DNA of 64,000 nt from Amoebidium appalachense (GCA_963693365.1 CAVNZM010000015.1:1550001-1614000), one strand, 5' to 3'. Counted from the first letter of the stretch, positions 1 through 13,698 are shown. Translations and numbers: made by a program. The notes: generated by a model not told the origin, from the letters alone.

Positions 1-1031
1 ATCCAATTTCTCCCCTCACACTTCCACCTAGTCACATCTACGACATTTACACTCTACCCTCTTATTTTCTAGTCCCCCGTGCAACATCACGCTTAGTCAT
101 CTATGTTGCTTATACACTTGTCATTTAAAGTAGCCCACTTTTTTAACAGTGTAAGCGCGTACCCCTACTCCTCCCTATTGATACCCTCCCGTATCTGTTC
201 TATCTCAATTGAACACAGGTCCACCCATTATGTATAAAAAAACAAACACAATTGTTAGCATATAATCGCCTTGCGCATTTTTTGGCCTATATCCGTGCTC
301 TCCTTTGTTTCTTCCTATGTTTCGCACACATCTTTTTACTTTACTAACTGTTTTTTTATTGTACATGTTCTTACCAGCATTCTTCTCATAACATAGAAGG
401 CACAGCAATGGTGCACATACAAGCATCTGCTTTCATTAAACTTATCAATCAGAAAATCACGGCCCAGTGTGTGTGTGCGTGTGTTAAGGTTATAATGATT
501 ATTTTGCGGGTCCACAAAGTTGAGCGCATGTGCAAAACAAGCACACGAGCACACACAGAGCACAAGGAATCTGGAGGGAGGGGGGGGGGGGGAGGGGGAG
601 GGGGTTGTTCTTATAGGGGAGGGGGGTGGGGGGTGGGGGGTGGGGGGAAAGTAGAGGGGGGAAGGGGGAATGAATCAGGGAAAGCAGGAGGGCCACTCTA
701 CGTTCTTAAGGGAGTGGGGAGGAGGCGTGTGCGCGCGCGGGCGTGTGTGTGTGTGTGTGTGCGTGTTTGTGTGTGGGGAGGGGGGGGGGGGGGGGGGGGG
801 GCAGGAGGGTGGGGGGGGGGGGGGGGGGGGGGGTGGAGAGTAGTGTGTGCGAGTGCGCGCGTGTGTGCGTGTGCGTGTGGGTGCCATGGAGTGGTTGTGA
901 GTGTGTGCCTGTGTTTGCAGATGTCTGTGAGTGACAGTACATGTGTTCATGTATGCGTGTATGTGTGTGCATGTGCGCGTGTGCGTGTGTGCACGTGTTC
1001 GTGTGTATGTATCGACCCGACACACACATGG

Positions 1032-1107
<76 letters not shown>

Positions 1108-1936
1108 CGTGTGCGTGTTTGGTTGCATGTGTGGATGCGTGCATGTGTGTGTGCGAGCACAGTGTGTGCGTGCGTCCCAGCGTGTGGGTGTGTGTCTTGT
1201 GTTTGTGTGCAAAAAAAAATATCTCCGAGAACTTGAGAAAGGAGACAAGACGCAATAAGACGGAGAAAGCATGGGATGTGAGAGTAAAAGGCTATATGAG
1301 AGTAGAAGAAACGGCTAAGCCTTCATCTTAAGATGGTTCATAATCCGTGGGTGTGCATGCACAGTGGTTCAGGCTAACAACCCGGATACTACGACTACCG
1401 AGGCAATTTGGATTAGGAGGCTGTGCATAATTTCAAGATTCCGAGCGGACTGTAGGGTCCTCTATTCCCCTGGACATCCCCCCCCCCCCCCCCCCCCCTC
1501 TCCCCTGCCCCCTGCCCCCCCCCCACTCTTTTAGGGGGCTATTGAGTCTCAGGAATGGGCTGGGGTGGGATGTGATGCTTTTCTCTCTGTGTGGTGTCAC
1601 AGTGTCCCTTTTTTGTGTGCATGCACCTGTGCATGTGTGTGTGTGCGTGTGTGCGTGTGTTTGCGCATTCTGTTTGATGGTGGTCGTGGTTGTGGTGGTT
1701 GTGGTGATGGTTGCGGTGGCAGGTGGGGGGTGGGGTGGGGGGTCGGTGGGCGGGGGGAGGGGGGGGGGGGGGGGGGAGGGGGAGAGTGGAGGGGGTATAA
1801 GGGGGTGGGGGGGGGGGGGGGGGGGGGGTTATGTTAGACTTGGTATACGTGAGGAGCATACGTACAGAAGGTCGCCAGTGCATGTCACGCTTTTGCCAGT
1901 ACGCCATATGCATATGTTTGTGTTGAACGTTGGCCT

Positions 1937-2930
1937 TCAGCCAGCACCCGGAGACCACCACCTACCTCTGGGCCTGCCCGGCCCACGCCGGGAAGGTCCC
2001 CCACCTGACCACGGCCATCACAGCCTGCATCCATAACGTCCTGCGCACTCGTCACCCAAACACCTCCACGGCACAGCACCAACACACGGCAGCCACGGTG
2101 GTAGACCAATGTGCATAGATAAACTGGATAGGAAGCAACGGTGACCCACAAGACACCGAGAACATCAAGTGGGTGGAACGAGGGTTCTGCCCACGATCGG
2201 TGGGCCCACTACTAGCAGCCACCGGCACCACCAAGACTTTCACCCGGGCCATCTTAGGAGAAATCACAGGAGAGTTGCAGTCCTTTTTCTCTTCAAAAAT
2301 ATGGCACCCACGGAACACCACACTCCCCCCCACCCACCCCAAAATGCAAAAACACCACCTGATACAACCACCACCCGTAGAAAGAAAAGCACGGCACCCC
2401 AAAAACCCAAGACACATGTACACACAAATACACCCGCCACACACACCCGGCCAGCCTACCCTGACTGCCGGACACACACAGACCCAGTGTGCCCTGCAAA
2501 CCCACCTTTTAGATTACAAAGACGTTGCCACAACATACGTACAACAACACATAATGTAAGGTAGCTGCCAACCCCCCACCACCTGGCCACCACCACACCC
2601 CATCATCCCCCCATACCCACCGTAAATACTATACACAACACTTAGGACTTCCCAATACTGTAGATCGACCAATGAGAGCCCTCGGTTAACGTTTATTGCT
2701 AGGTTTTGGATGGAGGGGAGGACTGGAGCCTCCTGCCGGCGTGGCTGGGGTAGTAGCCCTGGGCAAAGTGTGTACTTACAGTTAGGTTGTGAAGGATGGT
2801 TTAGCTTAGCTGAACTCATAGATAGCACCTTAACTAGTGTACTGTCGGTGCTGTGTGGTAGACGGTAGTTTCCCCAGAGGGCCTGTAAAGGCTCTCGGGA
2901 ACAGAACGTGATTAAAAAAAAAAAAAAAAC
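1937..2930 (+). mobile_element. 5'-truncated non-LTR retrotransposon (L1/Tx1-like ORF2 C-terminus, 3' UTR, poly(A))
   Basis: 13-bp target-site duplication TGAACGTTGGCCT at 1924-1936 and 2931-2943; A16 tail 2914-2929. One reading frame to 2559 with a single in-frame TAG (2116-2118) encodes PETTTYLWACP (zf-RVT-like ETxxHLxxxCP) and KIWHPRN (IWxxRN), typical of L1/Tx1 ORF2 ends. Confidence 0.85.
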
Positions 2931-2988
2931 TGAACGTTGGCCTGTGCTAGGTTTTTAATATCATGGCAAAGTGGGCGCGCGCCTACAT

Positions 2989-3500
<512 letters not shown>

Positions 3501-3710
3501 CATGCAAGCAAGGACACAGTCACAAGTACACCGGCACACAAGCACGCACACACATAAACACACGCACACACACACACACACACACGCATACACGCATGCA
3601 TGCACATGCACACGCACGCGCACACGCACACACTGGCACAATGTCAGACACACAGACACGCACACAGACATACACACACAGACACATAGACGCACAGACA
3701 CACACAGTAA

Positions 3711-3782
<72 letters not shown>

Positions 3783-4787
3783 GGCATACACACACACACA
3801 CACACACTGTACACGCACACACAGATGGCATGTACACAAAGACAACACACACACATACACTCCGGATATTGATGCGACGTACGTAAGTCATGACCACGCC
3901 GGCAGTGCACGCATACACACAGACAAACACACACACCTAATGTGCGCGCACTGCGGCACAGCTTGTCAGAGTGCCCGCGTAACACAACCATACTGTTGCT
4001 AATTATGTAAATTGTGGCACCGACACAGTTACACACGATGATTTTTTTCTCGCTTCTCACAGCTTCTCACCCAGAGCCTAATAAACAGACACAGACACCA
4101 CCACAATAAAACTGTGACCTAGCCACAAGGGCATGACGCAAACACATTCTGGTCGGCCCCCAACTGGGGACTGGGAATTGTCGAGTCAAAGGAGGAGGTG
4201 GGGAAGCTCCTGTAACGTGCATGGATCCGTACATGTTACAGGCTTTGGTTCTTTAATTAACGTTAACCGTTGTTTTATCGGCTTTGACAAATCCTTGCCG
4301 CCGTGAGAGTGAAACCGGGCCGAAACCTTTGGGAAGGTGACCTCATGACGCTTCAACTGAGCCTCTGCAGGCGGCGGCCGGCCGGAAGGCTCCGGCGGGA
4401 GCGCCGGCGCGGCGGCGCACCGTTTGTTTGTTTACTGCGAGCACCAATAGGGATGGCGCCGAGAAATAAAACAAGCAGATCAAGATGACGGAGTGTTTCA
4501 AACCCTGATGCCGCATCAGAATGTTGCAGATGTGTAAGTCCCGTGACACAACTTCTGCTCACTTGTGAAGGTTTCTTTTGGTGTTTGTAGAGTATGATAA
4601 TAGGTTTACTGCGTGTGATCTAGTTTTTTTTATAACAATATTTCTTTGGTAAACATATTAGTGCTAGTCAAGAGCCCTCCCAGGGGCTGCTCTGCCGTGA
4701 CCAACACAGTTTCAGACCCTGAAAGGAAATTTCCATCTTTGTGATCGCCATCTGAATGCTCATTGGCTCATGCTGAAGATCCGCGGG

Positions 4788-4795
4788 TATATAAA
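4788..4795 (+). promoter_or_regulatory. TATA box (TATATAAA) with upstream inverted CCAAT (ATTGG, 4762-4766)
   Basis: Lies about 140 bp upstream of ATG 4932 of the Ala/Pro-rich gene. Confidence 0.5.
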
Positions 4796-4931
4796 CCTGA
4801 AAGCAGGTGCTGCAGGGCAGTCAACAATTGTAATCGCTAACGTGCGCAGCTTCAAACGTCGGTTCTTTCTGAACATCTTCAGCTGCACGCTACCCTACTC
4901 GCCGTTCAGTTTATCCAATCCAACTATCAGA

Positions 4932-6513
4932 ATGGCAGCAGCAGCAAAGACGTCTCACGTCGAGCTTGCCCACATGCCCCCTCCACCAGCTGTCCCTGCA
5001 GCTCCTGCTCTGGCCGCAGCCGCCGCAAGATCTGCTGGAGCCATATCAGCCGCCGCCCCTGGAGCTGTTGCCGCCGCCCCTGTTGCCGCCGCCCTTGTTG
5101 CTGCCGCCCCTGTTGCTGCCGCCCCTGTTGCTGCCGCCCCTGTTGTTGCCGCCGCCCCTGTTGCCGCCGCCCCGGCCGTCGCAGCCTCAATTCACGTTGC
5201 TGCTGCCCCAGCAGCCGCCGCCCCAGTTGCCGCTGCTCCGGCTGCCGCTGCCCCGGCTGCTGCCATGGGAATTGCTAGAGCGCCTGCGGCCCCGGCTGCC
5301 GCTGCTGCCACTGCTGCCGCCCAGGCTGCTGCCGCCCCGGCTGCTGCCGCCCCGGCTGCTGCCGCCCCGGCTGCTGCCGCCCAGGCTGCTGCCGCCCCGG
5401 CTGCTGCCGCCATGGCTGCTGCCGCTCCGGCTGCTGCGCATGCCGCCACGGCTGCAGCCGTGAGAATCGCTAGAGTGCCCGCGGCCCCGGCTGCCGCTGC
5501 AGCTGCCGCCCCGGCCGCTGCTCCAGCTGCAGCCGCCCCGGCTGCCGCTGCAGGTGCCGGCCCGGCTGCTGCCGGCCCGGCTGCTGCCGTGAGAATTGCT
5601 AGAGCGCCTGCTTCCCCGGCTGCCGCTGCAGCTGCCGTTCCCGCAGCTGCCGTTCCCACAGCTGCCGTCCCGGCTGCCGCCGCCCCGGCTGCCGCTGCCC
5701 CGGCCTCCGCTGCCCCGGCTGCAGCAGCCCCAGTTGCTGCCGTGGGAATTGTTAGTGCACCCGCCGCCCCCCGCTGCTGCGGTCCCCGCTGCTGCTGCAC
5801 CAGCTGCTGCCGCCGCCCCGGCTGCCGCCGCCCCGGCTGCTGCCGTGAGAATTGCTAGAGCGCCTGCAGCCCCGCCTGCCGCTGTAGCTGCCTCCCCCGC
5901 TGCTGCTGCACCTGCTGCCGCCGCCCCGGCTGCCGCTGCTCCGGCTGCCGCCGCCCCGGCTGCTGCTGTGAGAATTGCTAGAGCGCCTGCAGCCCCGCCT
6001 GCCGCTGTAGCTGCCTCCCCCGCTGCTGCTGCACCTGCTGCCGCCGCCCCGGCTGTCGCTGCTCCGGCTGCCGCGGCCCCGGCTGCTGCCGTGAGAGTTG
6101 CTAGAGCGCCCGCCGTTGCGGCAGCCGCTGCTTCGGCAGCTGCTGCAGCCCCAGCTGCCGCCCCTCGACCTGCTGCCATGAGTTTGGCTAGTGCTCCCAC
6201 AGCCGGAGCCCCTGCTGTAGCTGCTCTGGCTGCGCCTGCGGCCGCTGACTCCGTTGGGCCTTTTCTCACCAATAGCAACCTTGGCCTGCCCCATGGCCAT
6301 GTGTTTGTGGCTCGCAGTGTGGCGCCTCTGGAGATCTTACCGGCCATTTGTGGCAGCACCCACAACGCAGCGACAGGATTGGCTGCGGGGGGCATGCTGG
6401 TGGCCTTTGTGGCCCTCATTGCCTTGGTGGCAGTGCGCAGGTCAAAGCCCCGGAACAATGCACCTGAAGAAAGTGGTATTGATGTGAATGCCAGCGGCGA
6501 GAGTCTGGTGTGA
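4932..6513 (+). CDS. Ala/Pro-rich repeat membrane protein with C-terminal TM helix; +1 frameshift near 5767-5772
   Basis: Repeats AAAPAAA and [11 protein letters not shown] continue from frame 4770 into frame 5596 across a C6 run. GCN/CCN codon periodicity holds in both frames. C-terminus has a hydrophobic segment [15 protein letters not shown] followed by RRSKPR and a short tail. Confidence 0.75.
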
Positions 6514-7079
6514 TACAGCCTTGCAAACACTTGCTCTAATTCACATAATAGGCACCAATTTAATATTTTTTTTGTAATAGTGGAATGTGGTTTTTGGTTA
6601 TGCTTACACGCTAGCCGCACCTGTTCTGCTATGTAAATATGTATTACGGCGGCCCCCACTCTGTACAATTTGCCATCATATAGCTATGTATAATACTGTA
6701 AGTTCCCGGGGGGCTGGTACCCCGTTCGAGGACGGCGCCATGGAGTTAACATAGCTGAGATGTTATAATAAAATGGTCACACACAAAGTTCTTGTCACCA
6801 GCGGAGTGGAAGCTCTCACCTTACTATTGACCACCGTAGCATTGAATGTATCCAAAAAAAAATCAAAGGCATGCAAGACTAAATGCAGCTCAGAACCGCA
6901 TCATGACGACCTGATGCGTGCCGTAGCTGCAATGCAACAATTTGAAAGGTGACATGGCTCGTTGAAGCTATAATGGATTGTGTCTGCTGGCACCGGCCCA
7001 GCCCGGAAATTGTACATACAGTAATCACATCCGATGCGGTGTTAAAGAAATACCTGCCAGTACGCACAAGCGTGCCCAG

Positions 7080-7162
<83 letters not shown>

Positions 7163-7334
7163 GAACGTTAACTTTAGCCCACACAAACAATCTCACACTC
7201 GCAGACTTGATGTTTTGGTCTTCATGGCCAAAATCATCCCATCATATCTCTTAGGAATCCTCGCTCGTTTTCTATCCAACGGTCTCTTCCTTCCTTTCTT
7301 ACTCTCTCTCTCACCCACTTTCTGTGACTCACTC

Positions 7335-7949
<615 letters not shown>

Positions 7950-8013
7950 CGCGTGCGCGTGCGCGCCGTGTGTGTGTTTGTGTGTGTCTGTGTGTTATGT
8001 GTGTTTGTGTGTA

Positions 8014-8060
<47 letters not shown>

Positions 8061-8690
8061 CCCTCCCCCCCCCCGAGACTCTCTTTCTCTCTCCATGGGC
8101 CCTCTCTCTCACCCTAACTCTCTGCCTATTTTTTTCTCTTGCCGGCTTTCTCTTCCCCCTTACTCCCTCGATCCCTTTCTTCCTTGCACCCCCAAAACGT
8201 CCCTCGCTTCTTACATCCTCTCTCAGAGTCCTATCTCTCTGTCTTCTCCCTTCTGTCTCTCTCTCTCTCGTGGTCTCTTTCTCTCAATCTTCACTTTTTG
8301 CCTTTCCCCTATATGCCTCTCGAGTTCTTTTCCTTTTCCCCAATCCAGCTGCCCCCGCGAAATTTGCCCCAGATTTTGTGCAAGTAACTATTTTTTTTTA
8401 AGGGCCGTTTCTGCCTCTCACAGGCTGAAAGCTGATTGTGTTTTTGTAAGTTGTATTGATGATCCTTCAGGCTTCGTAACGTGTACCATAGCTGAAACTG
8501 TTTTTTTTTTTTTCACTTTGCTCCTCATACTGCGCATATGCACATGCTAGCTGATACAGGTGCACACACACACACAGTGTACACGTGTGCTCGCACACAC
8601 ACACACACACACACCCACACACACAGACACAGTGTACACACCCACACACCCCCCACCCCCCCCCCCCCCACACACACACACACACCACCA

Positions 8691-8775
<85 letters not shown>

Positions 8776-9242
8776 GTGAACACACGTGTGACACCCACAT
8801 GCACACACAGGCACACACACAGGCAGGGATATAGGGCAGACATGGCACAGGAGTGGTTGTGTAGGGGATTCCGGGGAGGGAGGGGGGGGGGGGGGGGGGG
8901 GAGCATCAGTCTGATGTGCATACTAAAGGGCGGGGGACATTACGCGAGATGCTCAGTACATAGGCATAAGTGATGGGGAATAGTTTACTGGGTTTGTATG
9001 TGCACGGGTGGACGACGGGGATGCTGCAGATGGTGAGGTGATTGTGTGGGAGAACATCATAGACGTGTGTGGATAAGAATCAGATTGGCTAAATGTACCC
9101 CCCCCCCCCCCCCCCCCGAGAGAACGGAAAATTCAGCCGTTCTCCCTCCCCTTTAAATTTCTCCCCACACACCAAAATATCAGTACCACGTGCATTTTTC
9201 ACTTTCACCCCCCCCCCCCCCCCCCGTGCATTTTTCACTTTC

Positions 9243-9291
<49 letters not shown>

Positions 9292-9351
9292 TTCTTTCTT
9301 CTTTTCTTTTTCTTTTCTTTTTTTTTTCTTTCTTTCTTTCTTTCTTTCTTT

Positions 9352-9399
<48 letters not shown>

Positions 9400-9581
9400 G
9401 GGGGGGGGGGGGGGGGGGGAGGGGGGGCGGATGGGGGGGGGACGGGGAAAGGGGGGATTGAACCACACGTGTTGGCTGTAATTATTTATAAACTTTCGGC
9501 TGCCGTACGAATCACCCATACTGAACCGATGCTTTTTAGGTTTCAAATGTTGCATGGAATAACAATATTCATGCATGCAAT

Positions 9582-9722
9582 GATATTTTTGCTTCTGGTG
9601 TGAACCTTAACCCTGGCTTTACCACCACACTCAGGGCGATCGTGCTCTACATAGGTTGGGAAGAGTCGAAAAGAGGAAGGCGTGTGGTGGTGCTACGGTG
9701 AAGGCTTGTCTATAGGGTGTGT

Positions 9723-9725
<3 letters not shown>
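9582..9725 (+). repeat. Dispersed repeat, copy A, ending in (GT)n
   Basis: GATATTTTTGCTTCTGGTGTGAACCTTAA...TCTATAGGGTGTGTG matches the reverse complement of 23481-23626 with few changes. Confidence 0.85.
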
Positions 9726-9806
<81 letters not shown>

Positions 9807-9990
9807 ACGTGGGGGGAGGGCGGAGGTGGATGGTTTAAGGGCCTGGGGGGCGGGGGAGGGGGAGAGGGTTTCATTTATTAATATTATTGTTAATTCATGC
9901 CATTGCACTCATAGTATGTGTCAAGTTGTAAGTATTCCGTTTTTTTTAAAAAATAGAAATAAAAATAAAGGGCTGTTCTTGTATGTTCAC

Positions 9991-10133
9991 TTAGTTGAGC
10001 GCATAGATAGGACCCTAACTAGTATACTGTCGGTGCTGTGTGGTAGACGGTAGTTTCCCTATAATTTCTGTATAGGCCCTCCGGGAACAAAACGTGATTA
10101 AAAAAGGGGGGGAGGGGTGGGAAAAAATTGTTT
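9991..10133 (+). mobile_element. Short 3'-end copy of the non-LTR element at 1937-2930
   Basis: Shares TACTGTCGGTGCTGTGTGGTAGACGGTAGTTTCCC...GGGAACA.AACGTGATTAAAAAA with 2840-2919; flanked by TATGTTCAC at 9982-9990 and 10134-10142 (TSD). Confidence 0.85.
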
Positions 10134-10146
10134 TATGTTCACAATA

Positions 10147-10424
10147 CAGGGGTGGTTCACCTTTAAGATAACAGGTATATCGGGGGTAGAGTCTAGAATC
10201 TTGAGGTTCATGGGCGGTAGGGTTCATTAATTTAACCCTCCCCCCCCCCCCCCCCCCCCCTCTCTCTCCGGTCATCGGGGGGGGGGGGGGGGGGGGGGGG
10301 GGGGGAGAAGGCTAGGTGTTTTGTACGGGTACGAGTAGACGTTTTTTCTTTTCTTTTATAGCGCATACTTGTGGGCACACACACACACACTACACATGCA
10401 CACACACGCACACTCGGGCGTGCG

Positions 10425-10455
<31 letters not shown>

Positions 10456-10695
10456 CAAACACACGCACGCACGCGCGTGCGCAAACAGGTGCACACGCTC
10501 GCACATGCATCCAAACCCACCCACACACACTCTGGCAGACTGGCTTGTGGGAGACACACACACGATGATTTTTTTTTTTATTCTTTCACCTTGTATGTAT
10601 ACTGATGTAGGAAACCAAGAAAACTCAGGCTGTTATTATCTGCCAGATGCTTTTGTTTATTAATTAAAGTTGTGCACCAAGGGAAGTCAAAGCCT

Positions 10696-10730
<35 letters not shown>

Positions 10731-10855
10731 TTCCCCCCCCGGTAGTTATCTTAACTTTCCCCCAACCTCGGTGGACTCTAGAATCTTAATTTTTTGCAAA
10801 AAGTCTAGACGCTATAATCTTATAGGCGAATTATCTTAATTGTGAACCACCCCGG
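10147..10855. mobile_element. Tc1/mariner-type non-autonomous element (MITE)
   Basis: Left end CAGGGGTGGTTCACCTTTAAGATAA; right end TTATCTTAATTGTGAACCACCCCGG (inverted, about 3 mismatches in 25); TA on both flanks (10145-10146, 10856-10857); no transposase ORF inside. Confidence 0.7.
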
Positions 10856-11006
10856 TACTGGAAAGGGATTTATCTTTAATGAATGGATGCCCTACTGTGG
10901 CAAAAACAAAAAAAGATGATGCAGCAACTTAGTGCTGTGCGAGAGTAATCTGAAACATATTTACGTGCTGTATATTAGTACTAACTGCCATGAAAGGTCC
11001 CGAATG

Positions 11007-11564
11007 CTACAAGTTGTTGAAGGCCTCGTACCAGCCCTCGAAGGTCTCGGACGACTGCAGTGCGCAGAAGGGCCACTCGTTCTTGCATGCCGCCTGGGAC
11101 GTGTACAGCGTCTGCCTGCAGCCACACGACACACACTTCCACGCCGACGCATCGCCTGTCAGCGCACACGAGAAATCGCACCACATGGGGACAGTGATGG
11201 TGCTGCGATATGCCTTGAGCGTGAAGCCGGGTGAGTTGCCGATGGCTTTTGTGACGGGCTCTGCGCCGGGGGTGGCCTGCCACCAGTTTTCAAACGACGA
11301 GCCTGCGTTGTTGTTTGTGCCGCATGGCTGCCCGGTGACGGTCTGGCAGTCCAGAGGGGACGAGAAGAGCTGCGCGCCCGAAGACGAACACTGCACCCCT
11401 GCGCCCTGTGCGTTTGTCAGGTCGCAGCTGTAGCTGGTATCGTAGGTGGGGTCTTGGTCCTGCAGAGAGAATGGCACGCTGGTGGAGCTGGTGACGAGGG
11501 ATGCACATGTGGCCGTGCTGGCGAGGGCGGCAAGGGCGGCGGAGGCAAAGACTGTGCGTGCCAT
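11007..11564 (-). CDS. Secreted Cys-rich protein of unknown function, 185 aa, intronless
   Basis: Signal-peptide-like N-terminus MARTVFASAALAALASTATCA; Cys- and Trp-rich mature part; GC3-rich codons; AAAATG start context; TATA-like motif upstream. Confidence 0.85.
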   Translation of the reverse strand: MARTVFASAALAALASTATCASLVTSSTSVPFSLQDQDPTYDTSYSCDLTNAQGAGVQCSSSGAQLFSSPLDCQTVTGQPCGTNNNAGSSFENWWQATPGAEPVTKAIGNSPGFTLKAYRSTITVPMWCDFSCALTGDASAWKCVSCGCRQTLYTSQAACKNEWPFCALQSSETFEGWYEAFNNL

Positions 11565-11638
11565 TTTATGATGGTTTTCTGATACTTGGTTTGTGTGGGA
11601 TCCGCTGACTGATTGGAAATTTTGAGGTGTCCCCGGGT

Positions 11639-11646
11639 CTATATAC
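11639..11646 (-). promoter_or_regulatory. TATA-like element (GTATATAG) with nearby CCAAT motifs
   Basis: About 75 bp upstream of ATG 11564; CCAAT motifs near 11612, 11674 and 11701. Confidence 0.4.
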
Positions 11647-12469
11647 TTCTCAATCTTATCAGGTTAGCTTTTGATTGGTCGATCTGTTTTCAAGTGCCCA
11701 CCAATCAATGCACACCGACACCGTAGAAGTCTAGAGAACTACTCACAACACTGTCTTGTCTCGCTTTACCAACCCAAGTTATATGCAATATAAAGCAGAA
11801 AAAATTGTAGGTAAATAAATAAATGCGGCTAATATCACAATGCTGCAACTAGATCTCAACCTGTAACGGTGCCTCAGTCACAACTGACTCACTCTACGCA
11901 GCCGTACGGTACGTACCGCAGCCCGCAGGTACACTGAGTCTGAGAAATTCCCTTGTGGATCCAGGAATGTGCGAGCGTCTGATCGGATTGGCTTAGCTTT
12001 CAAGTTCGCCCCCCGGGAACTTCGGGAAGCCTCGAACGACGATCTGTCCACAAAGAAACAATGCACGGTGCACCACCAGAAGTTCCTGAAGTTGCTTGTG
12101 TTTAATGTGTAAACTTAAGTCAGTCATATGCCGGACCTATACATCTATAGGGCAATAATCGCTCTGCAAAGCTGCCCTAACTTAGTGTCGCAACTAATAT
12201 AGCCAAATCTGCAGTGGAATTCGTCTTCGGGCCTGCAGCTCTTCTCGTCCCCTCTATGCGCTTATGTGTTGTGTTCGAGCGAATCATTTGAACTTACGGA
12301 GTTACAATGTATGTGTATAAGAACCGGGCATCATTCCATCTATCTTCTTGTCACATGCGTTAGTAGTGTAAGTAAGATCAGCCTTATTATTCTTAGATAT
12401 TCAAAATCGACCACGGCCCTTATTAAATATTTAAAAGGGGAAGCGGGTAGTTGTCAAATGTCTATCCTC

Positions 12470-13230
<761 letters not shown>

Positions 13231-13273
13231 TTCTACCCTTTCACCACCAAAACGTGCATACCTGAGAATGAAA

Positions 13274-13698
13274 GGGCCTAACCACATCGGCAGAGTCAAT
13301 TTGCAAAAACCAGAGTTATTCTGAAAAAACGGGATTTGTTCTGCAAAAAACGGAATTATACTGCAAAAAGCAGAATTTTTCTGCAAAAAACAGAATTATT
13401 TTGCAAAAAGCAGAATTATTCGGCAAAAGCAGAATCACTCTGAGAATTATCCTGCTAAAAGCAGAAAATAATCCTGCTTTTTGCGGAATAATTCTGCTTT
13501 TAGCAGAATAATTCTGCTTTTGAAAGCTTTGGCAGATTGCTGCTTTTAGCAGACTGATTCTGCTTTTGCAGAATAATTCTGATTTTGCAGAATGATTCGG
13601 CTTTTTGCAGAATAATTCGGCTTTTTGCAGAATGATTCTGCTTTTTGCAGATTAATTTTGCTCGAAGCAAGTTGACTCAGCCGATGTGGTTGGGGCCC
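13274..13698. mobile_element. Foldback MITE with ~31-bp TIRs and internal 20-bp subrepeats in opposed orientation
   Basis: Left GGGCCTAACCACATCGGCAGAGTCAATTTGC; the right end reverse-complements to GGGCCCCAACCACATCGGCTGAGTCAACTTGC. The left half is tandem TTCTGCAAAAAGCAGAATTA and the right half its reverse complement. GGGCC termini suggest PIF/Harbinger (inference; no clear TSD). Confidence 0.8.

Noticed and set aside
2640-2913. Hammerhead or HDV ribozyme in the retroelement 3' UTR
   Set aside because: No CTGAnGA/GAAA core and no HDV nested double-pseudoknot pattern found.
5187-6668. 493-aa minus-strand ORF
   Set aside because: Antisense shadow of the GCN-rich plus-strand gene.
13300-13660. 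CRISPR-like array of 20-bp repeats
   Set aside because: No unique spacers, orientation flips midway, TIRs present, eukaryotic context with no cas genes.
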